Below are positions 46,047 through 55,111 of a stretch of 64,000 bases of DNA, one piece after another. The translations under genes were made by a program, and so were the position numbers. The notes beneath the pieces are model-generated. The model was not told the DNA's origin, made no database searches, and saw only the letters and a list, made by a program, of their open reading frames with translations. Source of the DNA: Candidatus Eremiobacteria bacterium (lineage in GTDB: Bacteria > Vulcanimicrobiota > Vulcanimicrobiia > Vulcanimicrobiales > Vulcanimicrobiaceae); NCBI GenBank assembly GCA_963758295.1, contig CAVWUU010000004.1, forward strand, positions 1,216,001 to 1,280,000, in the 5' to 3' direction. Position 1 is the first letter of the stretch, and each line of letters opens with the position of its first letter.

Positions 46047-47213
46047 ATGCAGCAAGAATACGATGCAATCATCCTAGGGCTGGGCGGAATCGGAAGCGGC
46101 GCAGCTTATTGGCTTGCCAAACGCGGTTCGAGCGTCCTTGGCATCGAACGGTTTGAACTCGGCCATGCTCGCGGCGAATCGCACGACCATTCGAGAATCA
46201 TCCGGCTCTCTTATCATACGCCGGCGTACGTTAAGCTTGCGAAAGAAGCCTACGAGGCTTGGGCGTCGGTCGAGAATGACGCGTCGGAGCGCATCGTGCA
46301 TAGGACGGGAGGCCTGGACCTCGGCCCGCGCAACGGCGCAATCCCGTTGCAAGGGTATGCCGACGCGATGCGCGCCTGCGACGTCCCCTTTGAAACGCTC
46401 GACGCGGCCGAAATACGGCGGCGTTATCCCCCGTTCGAGATCGGTGAAGACGTTACGGGACTTTTTCAAAGTGAAAGCGGCATCGTCGCGGCCGAGCGCG
46501 GTACTGCGGCCCATCAGCGGCTCGCGCGCGAATTCGGTGCCGAGTTGGTCGCGGGAGCGGCGGTCGAGAACGTCGAGATCTCGTCCGGTGAGGCGATCGT
46601 GCAAACGGCGGCGGCGACCTATCGAGCGAAGGAGCTTATCGTCACCGCGGGACCGTGGACCAACGCCGCTCTAGCGCCATTGCGAATGCAGCTTCCGCTT
46701 GAAGTCACCAAGGAACAAGCGATGTACTTCATTCCGCAAGACATTACGCCGTTCGAATTCGGGCGCTTTCCGGTTTGGATCTGGATGGACGATCCTTCGT
46801 TCTACGGATTTCCCGTTTTCGGCGAAAGGGGAGCGGTGAAGGTAACGCAAGACGCCGGCGGTAAGCCGGTCGATGCAAACACCCGCGGCTTCGAGCCCGA
46901 CGAGGAGATCACGTCTCGCGTAAGGACGTTCCTCGATCGGCACATTCCGCTCCTCAACGGCCGCGAGCATCTCGTGAAGACCTGTTTGTATACCTTGACG
47001 CCCGATCGTGATTTCGTCATCGATACGTTGCCTGGCTTTCCGAACGTACACGTAGCGATCGGCGCGGGACACGCGTTTAAGTTCGCGTCGGTTATCGGCC
47101 GGATCTTGAGCGATTTGGCACTTTATGCCTCAACGGATTCAGATATCTCGGCGTTCACCTTCCAGCGGCCGATTCTGCACATGACGGAGCCGCCGAAGAC
47201 TTACATGGTTTGA
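46047..47213 (+). CDS. solA: N-methyl-L-tryptophan oxidase / monomeric sarcosine oxidase family
   Basis: GLGGIGS, GESHDHSRIIR, KTCLYT (covalent-FAD Cys), GHAFKF. Confidence 0.9.
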   Translation: MQQEYDAIILGLGGIGSGAAYWLAKRGSSVLGIERFELGHARGESHDHSRIIRLSYHTPAYVKLAKEAYEAWASVENDASERIVHRTGGLDLGPRNGAIPLQGYADAMRACDVPFETLDAAEIRRRYPPFEIGEDVTGLFQSESGIVAAERGTAAHQRLAREFGAELVAGAAVENVEISSGEAIVQTAAATYRAKELIVTAGPWTNAALAPLRMQLPLEVTKEQAMYFIPQDITPFEFGRFPVWIWMDDPSFYGFPVFGERGAVKVTQDAGGKPVDANTRGFEPDEEITSRVRTFLDRHIPLLNGREHLVKTCLYTLTPDRDFVIDTLPGFPNVHVAIGAGHAFKFASVIGRILSDLALYASTDSDISAFTFQRPILHMTEPPKTYMV

Positions 47214-48715
47214 TGGTTCGCCGCGTCGTAGACGACCGATCCGTCTATCCACGTCTGCAACACGTTGATGTCGCTTAGGGCGTCACCATCGAACGGATCC
47301 CGATCGAGAATCGTCAAATCGGCCGCTAGGCCAGGCGTGCAATTTCCTGTTAGCGTTTCGCCGTAGCCGAAGCGCGCGGCATTGACGGTGTACATCGCTA
47401 ATGCCTCGTGCACGTCCAAGCGTTCCAGCGGCTCGTGATGGTCGATGCACGCCTGCATGCCGGCAAGTGGATTGAGATCGCACACGGGGCTGTCGGCGCC
47501 GCCGCAAAGCACGGCGCCGGAACGCGCAATCTTCGCGAGGGCGTTCATTTTTCGAGCGCGCCCTTCGCCTAAGCGCGCGTCGTACATGCCTCCTCGCATT
47601 CCCCAGGCGGCGTCAAATTGCGGCTGCATCGAAAGATAGATATTCATTCCGGCACACGCCGCGATGTGATCTTCGCTCGCCATCTCGAAATGTTCGATAA
47701 AATGGCGCGTTCCGCGCGGCGAAGGTCTTCCGCCAAGCACCCTGCGCCACATTCGCACGCACTGATCGATTGCGGCGTCTCCTATCGCGTGTACGCCGGC
47801 AGCTATGCCGAGCGCTTCGGCACCGGCGAAATACTCGTACAATTCGTCGTCGCTGAAGCGCAACGAGCCCGTCGAATCGCTTTCCTCGTACGGATGCGAA
47901 AGCGCCGCGGTACAGCTGCCGATCGATCCATCCAAAAAAACGTCGCCGCCGATGGCTTTGAGCCCGAAGTCATGCGCGAGCGCTGCATCCGGTTCGCAAA
48001 TCTTCGGATGGATCTTTGCCGGAAGCGTACGCAAGAATTCCACATCCTCCGCGTAGCCGGCGCGAGTGCGCCCTATCAGTTGCGCGTGCAGATGCGCCAC
48101 ACCGCGGCTGTGCGCGAGCCGGACGGCGCGAAGTTCCGCGTCGCGCACGATCGCATTCGAAAATCCCTCGAGAAACTTGGATTGCGCGAACCAATTGGCG
48201 TCGAGGAAGAGGCGGCCGGTCGGCTCGCCGTCTCGAGTTTCCATGCCTCTCATGCCGCCGGGCACTGCAAGCCAGGCAAGCGTCGCGCGATTCACGATGC
48301 ATGAATGCGCGTCTACGCGAACGATCATCGCGCGAGTGTCGCCGTGCAAGCGCTCGAGCGGAGCGGCATCGGCGCGCTTTCCGTCAAGCCACAACGCGTC
48401 GTCGTAGCGTGACGCGTAGACGGTGCCGTCTTGACGCGGCACGGCGGCCACCGCGCGATCGAACTCTTCGTAAGAACGCACGCCTGAGAGGTCTCGTTCC
48501 CCGGCAGCGTACCCCGTGCCCGCGAGGTGCACATGGCAGTCGGCAAAAGCGGGAAGAACCGTAGCACCGTTGAGATCGCGGCGTTCCGCCGTTGCCGGTG
48601 CTTCACGGTCGAGCGCAACGATACGATTTTCGTCGACGATCATGCTGCGATGACGCCGAAAGCGTCCGCTCTCGAAGTCGTACCGGTAAACTCGTGCATT
48701 AAAGAAGTAGATCAC
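47201..48715 (-). CDS. Amidohydrolase family protein (YtcJ-like)
   Basis: PAFADCHVHL, DGSIG, VHAIGDAAI, IEH, GADSP; start estimated at GTG 48715. Confidence 0.9.
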   Translation of the reverse strand: MIYFFNARVYRYDFESGRFRRHRSMIVDENRIVALDREAPATAERRDLNGATVLPAFADCHVHLAGTGYAAGERDLSGVRSYEEFDRAVAAVPRQDGTVYASRYDDALWLDGKRADAAPLERLHGDTRAMIVRVDAHSCIVNRATLAWLAVPGGMRGMETRDGEPTGRLFLDANWFAQSKFLEGFSNAIVRDAELRAVRLAHSRGVAHLHAQLIGRTRAGYAEDVEFLRTLPAKIHPKICEPDAALAHDFGLKAIGGDVFLDGSIGSCTAALSHPYEESDSTGSLRFSDDELYEYFAGAEALGIAAGVHAIGDAAIDQCVRMWRRVLGGRPSPRGTRHFIEHFEMASEDHIAACAGMNIYLSMQPQFDAAWGMRGGMYDARLGEGRARKMNALAKIARSGAVLCGGADSPVCDLNPLAGMQACIDHHEPLERLDVHEALAMYTVNAARFGYGETLTGNCTPGLAADLTILDRDPFDGDALSDINVLQTWIDGSVVYDAANHQTM

Positions 48716-48730
48716 GAACGTGGAGTACCA

Positions 48731-49897
48731 ATGAAAGCTCGCCAACTCTTGCTGGGTGCCGCGGCCGGCATAGAAGCCGGATACACCATCGTGCGCGCCG
48801 TACAAGCCTATCGCGCGCTGCGCACGCCCGCGGTGCAGTCTTCACCTGATTCAGCAAGCTATGGCCGCATTCGGCGCGCTTTAGCGGCAAGCGGCGCCGC
48901 CAGATCGCTCGTGGGAACGCTCGCATTTGCCTACGGTCCTCTTGCGGCGCAATTCCAGCGCGCGATAAAGCTTCCGCCGTTCGTACGTCCGGCCGCATTC
49001 TTCGGTGCCGTCGCGCTGGCCGGAACAATTCTGGACCTGCCCGTCGCTTTCGTCGAAGAGCACGCGCTCGAACGTGCTTATGGACTGAGCGAACAAGATC
49101 TGCGCGGGTGGCTTTCGGATTCATTGAAGAGCGCGGCCATCGGTGCAACCCTTGCCGCGCTGCTCGGAACGCTGGGCGTGCTCGCAATTCGCCGGTTCCC
49201 ACGATCGTGGCCCGTTGCGGCATCGGCCGGGCTTCTGCCGTTGCTGGTCCTTGCCAATATCGTCGTACCGCTTTACATTCTTCCGCTTTATAATACATTC
49301 GAGCCGCTCGAAGGACCGCTCGAGCGAAGACTTCGCGCCCTGGCTGCCAGGTTCAGCGTGGGCGATGCGGAGATTCTTCGGATGAATATGAGCCGTCAAA
49401 CGAAAAAGGCGAACGCGTTTGTAACCGGGATCGGGCAAACGCATCGCATCGTGCTTGGCGACACGCTGGTCGATCGTTTTGAAGCCGAAGAGATCGAGTT
49501 CGTCGTCGCACACGAATTGGGCCACTACGTGAGCAAGGACACGTGGCGCATGATCGCGATCGCCGAATTATCTACGGCGGCGCTGCTCTTTGCCGCATCG
49601 CGAATCGCTAAAGACGACGAGGACCGGCCGGTCTTAGCCTTCCTTCGCGTCTATGCGCTGGTCGCGACGGGAATGCACGTGCTTCGGCCGGCACTGAACG
49701 CATTTTCGCGATCGCGCGAATGGGCGGCGGACCGGTTTGCGCTGGGCGCAACCGGCGACGCTAAAGGCGGTGCTGCGGCATTCCGGCGGCTGCGCGATCA
49801 GAATCTTGCCGAAGACGACGTACCGGTTTGGTACGAAACGATCTTCGGCTCGCACCCGAGTCTTGGAAAACGGATAAAAGAACTTGAACGTACGTGA
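48731..49897 (+). CDS. M48 family (Ste24-like) membrane zinc metalloprotease
   Basis: KKANAFVTG, AHELGH, SRSREWAAD, SHPSLGKRI; GGAG RBS. Confidence 0.92.
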   Translation: MKARQLLLGAAAGIEAGYTIVRAVQAYRALRTPAVQSSPDSASYGRIRRALAASGAARSLVGTLAFAYGPLAAQFQRAIKLPPFVRPAAFFGAVALAGTILDLPVAFVEEHALERAYGLSEQDLRGWLSDSLKSAAIGATLAALLGTLGVLAIRRFPRSWPVAASAGLLPLLVLANIVVPLYILPLYNTFEPLEGPLERRLRALAARFSVGDAEILRMNMSRQTKKANAFVTGIGQTHRIVLGDTLVDRFEAEEIEFVVAHELGHYVSKDTWRMIAIAELSTAALLFAASRIAKDDEDRPVLAFLRVYALVATGMHVLRPALNAFSRSREWAADRFALGATGDAKGGAAAFRRLRDQNLAEDDVPVWYETIFGSHPSLGKRIKELERT

Positions 49898-50432
49898 ACG
49901 CCTGCAAGGCGGAGATCGCCACCAGCTGGGAAACGCCGATGCCGTCGCGAGCGATATCTTACGCTATCCGGATCGATTCGCGGATCTATTCGATACGATC
50001 CTGGACGAAGATCCGGTCGTGCGTATGCGAGCTGCGGACGCAGCCGAAAAAGTGACGCGCGGACGTCCGGATCTTCTCGTTCCATTTCGTAAACGCCTCA
50101 TCGATGAAGCGGGCGCCGTAGCTCAGCCCGAAGTGCGCCGGTCCGTCGCCAAAATGCTGCCGCGAATAAAATACGAGCCGAAAGAACGGCACAAGGCGGT
50201 GAAACTGCTCGAAAGCTTTTTGGAAGATCCGAACGACGGAGTCGTGGTTTCTGCCTTGCATGCGCTGACCGATTTCGCCAATGACGATGCGATTTTACGC
50301 GAGCGGATGCTGCCCCGCCTGGAGCGCATGGTTCGGCGCGGAAATCCGGCGGTGCAAAGTCAGGGTCGCAAGCTGCTTGCGAGACTGAGCTCGCAACACG
50401 CCAAGCGCCGCCCTCATTCCCCGTCGAAGTAA
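49884..50432 (+). CDS. HEAT-repeat protein
   Basis: DEDPVVRMRAADAAEK and related helical repeats; TTG start overlapping the upstream gene. Confidence 0.8.
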   Translation: MNVRERLQGGDRHQLGNADAVASDILRYPDRFADLFDTILDEDPVVRMRAADAAEKVTRGRPDLLVPFRKRLIDEAGAVAQPEVRRSVAKMLPRIKYEPKERHKAVKLLESFLEDPNDGVVVSALHALTDFANDDAILRERMLPRLERMVRRGNPAVQSQGRKLLARLSSQHAKRRPHSPSK

Positions 50433-51472
50433 TCCAATGCCGGCTCCGACCGGACGATCAGGCCGCGGCTGCTCAGCGCCACTTTTTTGGAATCCGGATA
50501 AAACGCGACGTCGTTTTCTTCGTCGTTTCCGACGAGGAGCAGCGTGACCGGCTCGTCGCTTTCGTTCAGGAGCTGATGTGAGCCGCGCTCCCCGGTCGGA
50601 AACGCAATGAAGTCGCCCCGTTCGAGCCGTAGCGTCTCGTTCGGCGTGCGAATCGACGGCGTACCGTCGAGCACGTAGAAAAACTCTTCTTCCAAGTCGT
50701 GCGAGTGCATTGGACAGTATTTGCCGCCGGGTTGCAGGCGCGCAAGGCGATATCCCAAACGACGCGCACCGATCATGAATCCAATCTCGGCATCCTCGCC
50801 CGTGAATCTTCCGTCGGGGCCGCTATCTTCGATCCACTTCAAGTCGCGAACGTTAACACGATTGACCGCGATGCCGCCATACCGGAATAAAAGTTCGTCG
50901 AGCGCCCAATGCGCGCCCGCGAAAAGCGGAGCGCCGTCACACAGCAACAAGCATTCAGGCCGCGCTGCCGCCACCACGCGCAACGATAGCGCTAACTGCG
51001 AAACGTCGCCGAGCTTGGCCGCCGGAAGAAAGTCCAGCGCACCAGCCGGCGTTCCAAGAATCGCATCACCGATGACGGCGAATCCACCGCTCCCCGAGAC
51101 AAGCGCAATCTCGCCCGGCGTTTTGGCGCCGCCGAGCGCAACGATCTGAAAGCCGCCGTGAACGTCGCCATCCTCTAGCAGCACATCGGCTTGGAAGGGA
51201 AGCAACGGCGCTTCCGTTGCGCTGCAGGCCACCCGCGCGCCGCTCCACGCCTGCAAGTTCTCCGCGTCGCGAACGTGATCGCGGTTGGTAATGACGATCG
51301 TGTCGACGCCACCGAACCGCTCGACTTCATCACGATCTTCCGAAGTCAGCGGTAGCGGATCGACCGCAATGTTGCCGTCGGGCAACACGAAGAAGTAACT
51401 GTTGAAGGACATTGCGCGATCCGGCTGCCACACCGACCATGTATACGCCCCCGCAATCTTGAGCGGCTGCAT
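50414..51472 (-). CDS. Fusion of a degenerate MBL-fold domain and a C-terminal cupin
   Basis: FNSYF...AVDP...ITNRDHVRD...KTPGE...GDA; cupin PMHSHDLEEEFFYVLDG...GDFIAFP...HQLLN. Confidence 0.85.
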   Translation of the reverse strand: MQPLKIAGAYTWSVWQPDRAMSFNSYFFVLPDGNIAVDPLPLTSEDRDEVERFGGVDTIVITNRDHVRDAENLQAWSGARVACSATEAPLLPFQADVLLEDGDVHGGFQIVALGGAKTPGEIALVSGSGGFAVIGDAILGTPAGALDFLPAAKLGDVSQLALSLRVVAAARPECLLLCDGAPLFAGAHWALDELLFRYGGIAVNRVNVRDLKWIEDSGPDGRFTGEDAEIGFMIGARRLGYRLARLQPGGKYCPMHSHDLEEEFFYVLDGTPSIRTPNETLRLERGDFIAFPTGERGSHQLLNESDEPVTLLLVGNDEENDVAFYPDSKKVALSSRGLIVRSEPALDYFDGE

Positions 51473-51476
51473 CGTC

Positions 51477-52901
51477 TTACAGAAGGACCGGCGAGGGCCG
51501 CGTGCCGAGCCAACCGGCAAGGTCGGTCTTGGCCGTAACGTAGCGTCGGGAGGACAGCTCCTCACGGAATTCTCCGAAGAGACCGAACGCCTCCGCAAAA
51601 GCGTCGTGCTTGTGAATCGACTCGTAATTTACTTGGCTCGCGAAGATGAACGTGTCGTCGTCAAGATCGGAATACATGTCCAAAGCGCGCGCGAGAATCC
51701 CGCGTACCACGTCTTCAACGAACTTCGGATTGTGGTGCGCCTTGTTTACGATGAAGAACTCGTCGGGCCGTTTCAACAAGTCATACGTTTCGCTCGACAT
51801 CGAGCTTTCCACGATCTCGACCAAGTCTTCCGCGCGAATTGCATCTGCGCGTTCCTCGGGAACGCCCAACATGATCGAGCCGCGGCCACGCTGATTGTGC
51901 GTCGCTCCGGGCAACGCATCCAGCGCGCGACGGGCGTCGTTTTCGGAAAATCCCGCTTCCATCAGCTCGCGCATCGAATGTTCGCGAACCATCAGCTGCG
52001 CGCACGGGCATGCGGTCATGCCTTCCGCCTCCACGCCCACCACGCGGCGCGTTCCCGCTTCGTCGGCATGCGCGATCCCTACCAGCGTGTACGTTTCTTC
52101 ACCACGTTTGCCGCTGACCGGCGTCCAGCGTTCGAGGCCAAAGTCGGCCCGAAGACGGACGTCGGCGCGAATAGCCCGCTGGCTTTGCACGATCTCACGC
52201 GCAATCGATTCCACGAGACGCTCGATCGGCGCCGGCTTCGTATCGCGCGCCAACACGTCGAGAGTCGCCTCTTCCAAAATCTCGGAGAAGCGCGACATGT
52301 GGACGCCGGCTTTATCAGGCGCGAGATCGGCGACCATGGTAAACTCGCCGTTGAAGACGCGCGGCTGCCCGTCGATTTCAAGTTGCACGATGCGCCGCAC
52401 GCTGGAGACGCCGACGCGATTGAGCGAAAGCCGGACATCGGGCTCTTCTTCTTGCCGGTTCGCGTCGAAATGCAAGCTGCGTTCGCGGCGACGCAATCCG
52501 CTTTGGCCGTTCTGCAACGCGAACGACGAAAACTGCGGTGCGATCTCAGCGAGCGGCACGGCATTGTACTGCCGCTGCGAAAGCTCCGGATGAAGGGCGC
52601 CGTCAAATGCAAGGATGTCAATGTCGATCGGGCGCGCCGCGAGACGGGCGACTTTCGTGCGCCCAACGGAAGCCTCGACTTCACGGATGAGCTTTTCGAA
52701 GTCGTCGCGCGAAACCGTGGACCATACTTCCGCCGCCACGTTCAGAAACGCAGGGCCGGCGGCGCCGCCGGCAGGCGCACTCTCGTAAAAAGCCGAGACG
52801 CGTTCGATCGCCGCGCGCGCTCTGAGGCGTTGGAGTGCGGCCAAAATATTCGCCTGGCGATCTCCGAGGTTAGAACCGATCCCGATGTAAACTCGATGCA
52901 T
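51477..52901 (-). CDS. mptA: Fusion of FolK (HPPK) and MptA/FolE2-family GTP cyclohydrolase
   Basis: FolK: YIGIGSNLGDR, FLN, RPIDIDIL, PLAEIAP. MptA: GVHMSR, MTACPCAQ, THNQRG, LLKRPDE, NPKFVED, ESIHKHDAFAE. Confidence 0.92.
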   Translation of the reverse strand: MHRVYIGIGSNLGDRQANILAALQRLRARAAIERVSAFYESAPAGGAAGPAFLNVAAEVWSTVSRDDFEKLIREVEASVGRTKVARLAARPIDIDILAFDGALHPELSQRQYNAVPLAEIAPQFSSFALQNGQSGLRRRERSLHFDANRQEEEPDVRLSLNRVGVSSVRRIVQLEIDGQPRVFNGEFTMVADLAPDKAGVHMSRFSEILEEATLDVLARDTKPAPIERLVESIAREIVQSQRAIRADVRLRADFGLERWTPVSGKRGEETYTLVGIAHADEAGTRRVVGVEAEGMTACPCAQLMVREHSMRELMEAGFSENDARRALDALPGATHNQRGRGSIMLGVPEERADAIRAEDLVEIVESSMSSETYDLLKRPDEFFIVNKAHHNPKFVEDVVRGILARALDMYSDLDDDTFIFASQVNYESIHKHDAFAEAFGLFGEFREELSSRRYVTAKTDLAGWLGTRPSPVLL

Positions 52902-52903
52902 TC

Positions 52904-53401
52904 CTATCGTTCCAAAAATAGGGCCTCCACGGTCGACCGGACGAGACGGTCTTGCGAATCGCCAACGATCGTTTTTCGCAACCGGCCGTGACGGTCGAAA
53001 ATGAGCTGCGTCGGCCACGCTTCCACGCCATACGCCTTCCACAGCGAGAACTGGTTATCCACGGCTACCGGCCACACTATGCCCTGAGCACGAAGGTTCT
53101 CCGCTACATAGGCGGGTTGCTTCTCCTCCGGTGTCTCCGGAGAGTGTATTCCGATGATGGCCAGCCCGCGAGACCGCTCGCTGCTATAGAGTTCCCGCAA
53201 TTCGGGGACGACGTTGCGACAATTGATGCAGTCGGCCGTGAAGACGTCCACAATGACGACTTTTCCGTTCAAGCTCGACTGCGGCGGGCGGCCGTTGAAC
53301 CATTGCGTCGCCGCGAGGACCGGCTGTAAACCGGGCATGCTCGCACCGGTAACCGTAAAAAGCAAGATGGCGCCGATTAGCACCGTACTCCAACGCTTCA
53401 T
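52904..53401 (-). CDS. Exported redoxin (DipZ/TlpA-like thioredoxin fold)
   Basis: Signal peptide; CINC; GIHSPE; AWPT. Confidence 0.9.
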   Translation of the reverse strand: MKRWSTVLIGAILLFTVTGASMPGLQPVLAATQWFNGRPPQSSLNGKVVIVDVFTADCINCRNVVPELRELYSSERSRGLAIIGIHSPETPEEKQPAYVAENLRAQGIVWPVAVDNQFSLWKAYGVEAWPTQLIFDRHGRLRKTIVGDSQDRLVRSTVEALFLER

Positions 53402-53434
53402 GATACTGCAAGTACGCCGGGACGCCGCGTGCGG

Positions 53435-55111
53435 ATGAGCCTTCGCGTTCTCTGCGGGATCGAGGAGCCGCTGGAATTTGCTAACCCGCGCGTCGTCTAT
53501 CGCCCAAAAACCGTTGACGACGCAATCGCTTCACTTCACGAATTAAACCGGGCACTCGCTGGCGGATCTTGGATCGCGGGCTATCTAACTTACGAATTTG
53601 GCGCAGCGCTGCATGGCGTCGATCGCGCCGGAAGTGGCCCGTTGCTATGCCTTGGAGTATTCGATGAACCGTCCAGGCCGGCGATGCGGACCGACGACGC
53701 CTTTTCGCTTTCGCCCCTGCTGAGCACCGCTACGTGGGCCGACTACGCAGCCGCCGTCGGCGACGTGCAGCGCGCGATTTACGACGGCGACGTTTATCAA
53801 GTGAATTACACGGTGCCGTTCTCGACGAACGGGCTTGGCGATTTCGAAAGCTTCTGGCGTTCCGTTGCATCTCGCACCGGCGCAAACTACCAAGCTTACG
53901 TCGAAGACGGCGAGCGACGAATTCTTTCCTGGTCGCCGGAGCTTTTTTTGCAATTCGACGGTACGAGCGTTCGTACTTGTCCGATGAAGGGCACCGCTCC
54001 GCTGGACGCTCCAAAAGACCTTGCGAACGAAAAGAACCGCGCCGAGCACGTGATGATCGTCGACCTCCTGCGCAATGATCTCCAGCGAATCGCACGCGAT
54101 GTGACGGTGCAGCAGCTCTGTTCCGTGGAGCGATATCCGACGTTCCTCACGATGACAAGCACGATTACCGGAATCTTGCAAACGACGTCGCTCGAAGCCA
54201 TCTTTCGCGCGACATTTCCGTGCGGCAGTATCACGGGTGCACCCAAGCGCTCCGCGATCGAACATATCGATCGCTTCGAGCAGCATCCGCGCGAGGTGTA
54301 CTGCGGGACTATCGGTTATCTTTCACCGCAATGGAGAGGCGTATGGAACGTAGCGATTCGGACCGCGCAATTCCACGGCAACGCCGGCCGGTACGACGCA
54401 GGCGGTGGCATAGTGGCCGATTCGAACGCCGCCGGCGAATGGAACGAAGTCTTTCTGAAGACGGCCTTCCTGCGCGAAGACTCTGAGCCAATCGTTCTCC
54501 TTGAAACATTCGCGGCAGCGGCACGCAGCGCAACCATAGACGAGCATCTTTCCAGAATCGCGCGCTCCGCGCAGGCGTTTGGAATATCGTTTCACGAGAA
54601 CGTTATTCGAGAAGCCGTTGAGCGCACTCGGCAGCGATACGGATCGGGAGTCCTGCGTTTGCGCTTGCATGCGAACGGGGAGATCGAAGTCCGGCACGAT
54701 ACCGTCTCGACGCCGCCGGAACCGGTTGCCGTTTGCATCTCACGCGAACGCGTGCAAAGTACCGACCCGTTTCTCCGGCACAAGACGGCGTGGCGTCCCG
54801 CTCAGGGTGCGGCCGGCGTATTTGCGACCGAATGCGGAACATTCGAGGCGCTGTTGCGCAACGAGCGGGGCGAATTGACGGAAGGCTCGCGCACGAATCT
54901 GTTTGCACTCATCGATGGAACCCTTTGGACGCCGCCCGTTTCTTGCGGTCTGCTGCCGGGGATTCTCCGGTCGAACCTCGTAAGCGAAGGTCGGGCCAGG
55001 GAACGATCTTTGCATGTGACGGATTTGCTAAAAGCGGAGCAGCTCTTCGTCGGAAATTCAGCCCGCGGACTGCTACGCGCACGATTGGTAATAACAAACG
55101 AAGATGAGTGA
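53435..55111 (+). CDS. pabB: Aminodeoxychorismate synthase component I fused to ADC lyase (PabB-PabC)
   Basis: GDVYQVNYT, SPELF, PMKGT, AEHVMIVDLLRND, FPCGSITGAPK; C-terminal HKT, EGSRTN, GLLPGI, NSARG. Confidence 0.93.
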   Translation: MSLRVLCGIEEPLEFANPRVVYRPKTVDDAIASLHELNRALAGGSWIAGYLTYEFGAALHGVDRAGSGPLLCLGVFDEPSRPAMRTDDAFSLSPLLSTATWADYAAAVGDVQRAIYDGDVYQVNYTVPFSTNGLGDFESFWRSVASRTGANYQAYVEDGERRILSWSPELFLQFDGTSVRTCPMKGTAPLDAPKDLANEKNRAEHVMIVDLLRNDLQRIARDVTVQQLCSVERYPTFLTMTSTITGILQTTSLEAIFRATFPCGSITGAPKRSAIEHIDRFEQHPREVYCGTIGYLSPQWRGVWNVAIRTAQFHGNAGRYDAGGGIVADSNAAGEWNEVFLKTAFLREDSEPIVLLETFAAAARSATIDEHLSRIARSAQAFGISFHENVIREAVERTRQRYGSGVLRLRLHANGEIEVRHDTVSTPPEPVAVCISRERVQSTDPFLRHKTAWRPAQGAAGVFATECGTFEALLRNERGELTEGSRTNLFALIDGTLWTPPVSCGLLPGILRSNLVSEGRARERSLHVTDLLKAEQLFVGNSARGLLRARLVITNEDE

